NCBI GenBank assembly: GCA_034723415.1
Contig: JAYEOX010000031.1
Location: 1-22,229, forward strand
Reading direction: 5' to 3'
DNA length: 22,229 nt
Source of the DNA: Fidelibacterota bacterium
GTDB lineage: Bacteria > Fidelibacterota > Fidelibacteria > Fidelibacterales > Fidelibacteraceae
Below the pieces are notes generated by a model. That model searched no databases, was not told the origin of the DNA, and saw nothing but the letters and a program-made list of their open reading frames with translations. Below are positions 19,327 to 22,229 of this stretch, piece after piece. The position numbers and the translations under genes are program-made. Every line of letters starts with the position of its first letter. Position 1 is the first letter of the stretch.

Positions 19327-20244
19327 ATGACAACAAATAAACACAATTTACATCAAACCCCAACTTCACTTTTAATACAATTTTATAATCTTTCAATTAG
19401 TATTTTTATTATCTTTAATTATTCTATAATTGACAATTCATTTCAATTATTGATTATACATTTATTTCTATCCTTATTTTTGTTGACAATTTCTTATGTT
19501 AATAATATTAAACCAAATATTATTTCACATCCTGCTTTTATTTTTGCTCCAATTATTTTGATTGAAATTTTCCATTATGAATCAGGGATTTTTAATTTAA
19601 TAATTTTCCCAAATTATTTTGATGAATTTATTAAGCAATTTGATATTTTTATTTTTGGACTTCTTCCAAATAATATGCTCTCAAAACTTCTACCATACAA
19701 TTTTATTCATCAACTTTTCCATTTCTTTTACTTCACTTTTTACATAATGTTGATTCTTCCACCAATAATAATCTATTCCCAAGAACGAAAAAAAACATAC
19801 GAACCAAACATATTGAATTATAAAAATTTACAGAAATATTTATTTGTTTTGCTTTTTACAATGTTATCCTGTTTTTGGATTTTTATTATTTTTCCGGTTA
19901 TCGGTCCAACAAGCCAACATAAAATTCTATTTCCGAATAACAGAGGAATGATTTCTGTTATCAATTTTCTGTTTGCGAATGGCGATTTAGATGGTGGAGC
20001 TTTTCCAAGTTCTCATGTTGCAGGAGCTTTTATTGCAACAATTTTTGTTTTTCAGTATATTAAGAAATTGAAAATTTATTTCTTAATTGCATTTATTCTA
20101 CTCTCAATTTCAACTGTTTATTGCAGTTTTCATTATGGAGTAGATGTAATAGGTGGATTTTTTGCAGGAATTATTTTCTACTTATTGGGGAATTATTTAT
20201 TTAAGAAACTTTACAAACTTCAAAAAACCAAAAGTGTAATATGA
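19327..20244 (+). CDS. PAP2-superfamily polytopic membrane enzyme, Aur1/IPC-synthase-like
   Basis: FFYFTFY, FPVIGP, AFPSSHVA and STVY..FHYGVDVIGG give a His/His/Asp triad; many TM helices. Start placed at the second MTTN (19327). Confidence 0.85.
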   Translation: MTTNKHNLHQTPTSLLIQFYNLSISIFIIFNYSIIDNSFQLLIIHLFLSLFLLTISYVNNIKPNIISHPAFIFAPIILIEIFHYESGIFNLIIFPNYFDEFIKQFDIFIFGLLPNNMLSKLLPYNFIHQLFHFFYFTFYIMLILPPIIIYSQERKKTYEPNILNYKNLQKYLFVLLFTMLSCFWIFIIFPVIGPTSQHKILFPNNRGMISVINFLFANGDLDGGAFPSSHVAGAFIATIFVFQYIKKLKIYFLIAFILLSISTVYCSFHYGVDVIGGFFAGIIFYLLGNYLFKKLYKLQKTKSVI

Positions 20245-21221
20245 AAGCATTTGTCACAGGTGCAACAGGATTTATCGGCTATCACTTAGTAAAAAAATTA
20301 CTCTCTATGAATTGGGAAGTTGTCTGCTTAAGTCGGAAAAATAGCAATAACAATACTGAATTTCAAAAAGAAGTTTCTTGGATTATTGGCGATTTATTTG
20401 ATAAAAAAGCACTTGCCGAGGGATGTTCAAATGCGGATATAATTTTTCATCTCGCAGGTCAGATTAAGGCAATAAATAAAAAAGAATTGTTTGAAACAAA
20501 TGCAAATGGAACAAAAAATCTAATCGAAGCAATTCTAAAATCCAATAAAAACACACATCTGATTTTTTTGAGTTCCCTATCTGCAAGTGGTCCGACAAAT
20601 AAAAATAAAGTAAATACAGAATCAGATAAAAATAAACCGATTTCAAATTACGGGAAAAGCAAATTATTGGCAGAAGATATTATACTAAAAAACAGAGACA
20701 ATTTATACTCCACAATTATTCGTCCGGGAATTGTCTATGGTCCCAAAGATAGAGAAACTTTATTGTTTTTCAAATTAGCGAAATTCGGAATTAATTTACA
20801 TTTGGGAATTAATGAACAACATTTAAGTATGATTTTTGTTGAAGATTTAATTCAGTTAATAATAAAAACCACAACAATAAAAACAAACTCCGGAGAGATA
20901 TTTTTTGCTTCTGATAATGATACCGGCTACTCATGGAATAAAATTATGAGAACCATTGCAAACATTATGAATAAAAAAATAGTTACAATTATAATTCCAA
21001 AATTTGTTATAAAAACAATAATATATATTTCAGTATTTTTGGCAAATATTTTTCATTATTCGACGATATTAAATTTAGATAAATATGAAGAACTAAAATA
21101 TCCTAACTGGGTTTGTTCATCACAAAAAGCAAAAAAAATACTGAAATACAACCCTGAATTTTCGTTAAAAAACGGATTGGAAAAAACTTATAAGTGGTAT
21201 AAAGAAAATGATTGGATATAA
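20241..21221 (+). CDS. Extended SDR NAD-dependent epimerase/dehydratase, ceramide reductase-like
   Basis: TGATGFIG, HLAG, FLSSLSA, YGKSK (YxxxK) and RPGIVYGP motifs; ATGA overlap with the PAP2 gene. Confidence 0.9.
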   Translation: MKAFVTGATGFIGYHLVKKLLSMNWEVVCLSRKNSNNNTEFQKEVSWIIGDLFDKKALAEGCSNADIIFHLAGQIKAINKKELFETNANGTKNLIEAILKSNKNTHLIFLSSLSASGPTNKNKVNTESDKNKPISNYGKSKLLAEDIILKNRDNLYSTIIRPGIVYGPKDRETLLFFKLAKFGINLHLGINEQHLSMIFVEDLIQLIIKTTTIKTNSGEIFFASDNDTGYSWNKIMRTIANIMNKKIVTIIIPKFVIKTIIYISVFLANIFHYSTILNLDKYEELKYPNWVCSSQKAKKILKYNPEFSLKNGLEKTYKWYKENDWI

Positions 21222-21239
21222 TAAGATTGAATTAACCCC

Positions 21240-21419
21240 ACCGCCAAGACGCAAAAACACAGAGGAATTTATTGTCATTTATTGTCATTGGTTGTCATAT
21301 TCACCACAAAAGAACACAAAGAACACAGAGATTATCTAATTCATCTAATTATTATCATCGAATTAATCGAATTTATCTAATTGGTTATCATTGGTTTAGA
21401 CACACTTTTGTGCACGGTA
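21240..21419 (-). repeat. Composite repeat element, right (inverted) copy
   Basis: 21395-21419 is the exact reverse complement of 19186-19210. 21260-21298 reverse-complements to ATGACAACCAATGACAATAAATGACAATAAATTCCTCTG. About 80 bp of other short repeats lie between the two parts. Confidence 0.85.
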
Positions 21420-21449
21420 CCCTTCTTAATGGCTCAACATTAAATAACT

Positions 21450-21567
21450 CTTTGCGTTCTTTCTTTCTTTGCAAACTTTGCGTGAAATCTTTTTCGTGCA
21501 TTTTCAACTTTCAATTCTCAATTAAAATAATCCGTGTTAATCCGCATTATCCGCGAAAATCCGTGTG
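21450..21567. repeat. Mosaic of short tandem repeat modules
   Basis: CTTTGCGT/CTTTGCAAA/CTTTGCGT (21450-21487); TTTTCAA CTTTCAA TTCTCAA (21501-21521); ATCCG x4 at 9-10 bp spacing (21530-21563). Confidence 0.75.
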
Positions 21568-21572
21568 CTAAC

Positions 21573-21604
21573 AAAAAAACACCCGATATTACTACCGAGT
21601 GTTT
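21573..21604 (-). terminator. Rho-independent terminator in minus orientation
   Basis: Minus strand AAACACTCGGTA-GTAA-TATCGGGTGTTT-TTTT: a 12-bp stem with two G.U pairs, a GNRA loop and a T7 tract. Confidence 0.7.
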
Positions 21605-21623
21605 AACATCTTTTCTTTTTCCC

Positions 21624-21656
21624 TTGCTTTTATCATATCATCATATTATAATATGA
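21624..21656 (+). promoter_or_regulatory. Sigma70 promoter with overlapping 16-bp palindromic operator
   Basis: TTGCTT (21624-21629)-N17-TATAAT (21647-21652); perfect palindrome TCATATTATAATATGA (21641-21656). Confidence 0.75.
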
Positions 21657-21678
21657 CAGTTTTAAAAATGGAGAAGTT

Positions 21679-22050
21679 ATGATCGATGAATTTGTGATTT
21701 CAAAAACAGCAAAATTATTTAATGTCTTATCAAGTGAAATACGAATTAAAATAATTTATCATTTGATGGAAAATAATAGGCTATCTGTAACAGAATTATC
21801 TGAAAAATTAAATATTCCACAAAACACATTATCATCTCACCTAAAAATTTTATATGATGGTTCATACATCAATAAAGAACAAAAATGGCGAAATGTTAAT
21901 TATTCAATCAGAGAAAAGAAATTAGAAAAAATTATTGAAATTGCGATATCCATTCTTAACAACAAATGGGAAGGTAATTGGGAAAAAATTGATAGAGCAA
22001 AGAAAAGTTTAAATAAAATGATTAATAGTCAAAATAAAAAAAGGAAGTAA
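21679..22050 (+). CDS. ArsR/SmtB-family transcriptional regulator
   Basis: FNVLS..IRIKII, LSVTELSEKLNIPQNTLSSHLKIL winged HTH and K..RNVNYSI; GGAG SD. Confidence 0.9.
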   Translation: MIDEFVISKTAKLFNVLSSEIRIKIIYHLMENNRLSVTELSEKLNIPQNTLSSHLKILYDGSYINKEQKWRNVNYSIREKKLEKIIEIAISILNNKWEGNWEKIDRAKKSLNKMINSQNKKRK

Positions 22051-22052
22051 AA

Positions 22053-22229
22053 ATGACAAAAACAAAATTAAAAGTTGGAAAAATTTCTAAACCTCGTTTT
22101 GAGTTTCGCACTTTTGGCCAAAATTTTGAATCTGAAAGGAAAAAAATGTCAGAACTTTCTGTACCGGTTCCCGAAAAGGTAAAAGAGAGAAATTCTGAAG
22201 AAACATATATTGTTTCCAAAACAAATGAT
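22053..22229 (+). CDS. Hypothetical protein, 5' part (runs off the window; absent from the ORF track)
   Basis: ATG two nt after the ArsR stop with AAGGA upstream. Open frame MTKTKLKVGKISKPRFEFRTFGQNFESERKKMSELSVPVPEKVKERNSEETYIVSKTND continues to the window end. Confidence 0.8.
   Translation, partial: MTKTKLKVGKISKPRFEFRTFGQNFESERKKMSELSVPVPEKVKERNSEETYIVSKTND

Noticed and set aside
2661..20646. Short antisense or overlapping ORFs (e.g. 2661, 2719, 3847, 4571, 5799, 6815, 7922, 10571, 10871, 12435, 15150, 15825, 16550, 16849, 17424, 18660, 20464)
   Set aside because: They overlap well-supported genes and show no recognisable motifs.
19186..21419. Autonomous IS or transposon
   Set aside because: The enclosed genes are a membrane enzyme and an SDR; there is no transposase or target-site duplication.
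21272..21571. 99-aa ORF in the track
   Set aside because: It is built entirely from tandem repeat modules, has a TTG start inside a repeat and resembles no protein family.
22022..22219. 65-aa minus-strand ORF
   Set aside because: It is antisense to the better-supported plus-strand ORF starting at 22053.

Overview
AT-rich (about 28-30% GC by eye) bacterial chromosomal window, standard genetic code with Shine-Dalgarno-led genes. The rplM-rpsI-rpsB-tsf-pyrH-frr order tentatively suggests an FCB-group lineage such as Marinimicrobia (inference). The left half is on the minus strand: the translation operon, butyrate kinase and phosphate acyltransferase, glucan phosphorylase and a DUF975 protein. 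The right half is on the plus strand: asnS, a KamA-family radical SAM enzyme, a LOG-like protein, NAD kinase, folB, two exported hypotheticals, an EcfT-like protein, truA, an HtrA protease, a GNAT / Aur1-like PAP2 / extended-SDR trio, an ArsR regulator and a truncated ORF. Four things stand out. (1) The trio resembles a bacterial sphingolipid module: ceramide synthase-like, IPC-synthase-like and ceramide reductase-like. (2) The last two genes of the trio are bracketed by two collinear, inverted copies of a composite repeat sharing a perfect 25-bp arm. (3) An orphan long integron attC-like site lies at the left end. (4) A perfect 16-bp palindrome overlaps the ArsR -10 box, next to an antisense-oriented terminator. 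All calls come from reading motifs by eye; no searches were run.
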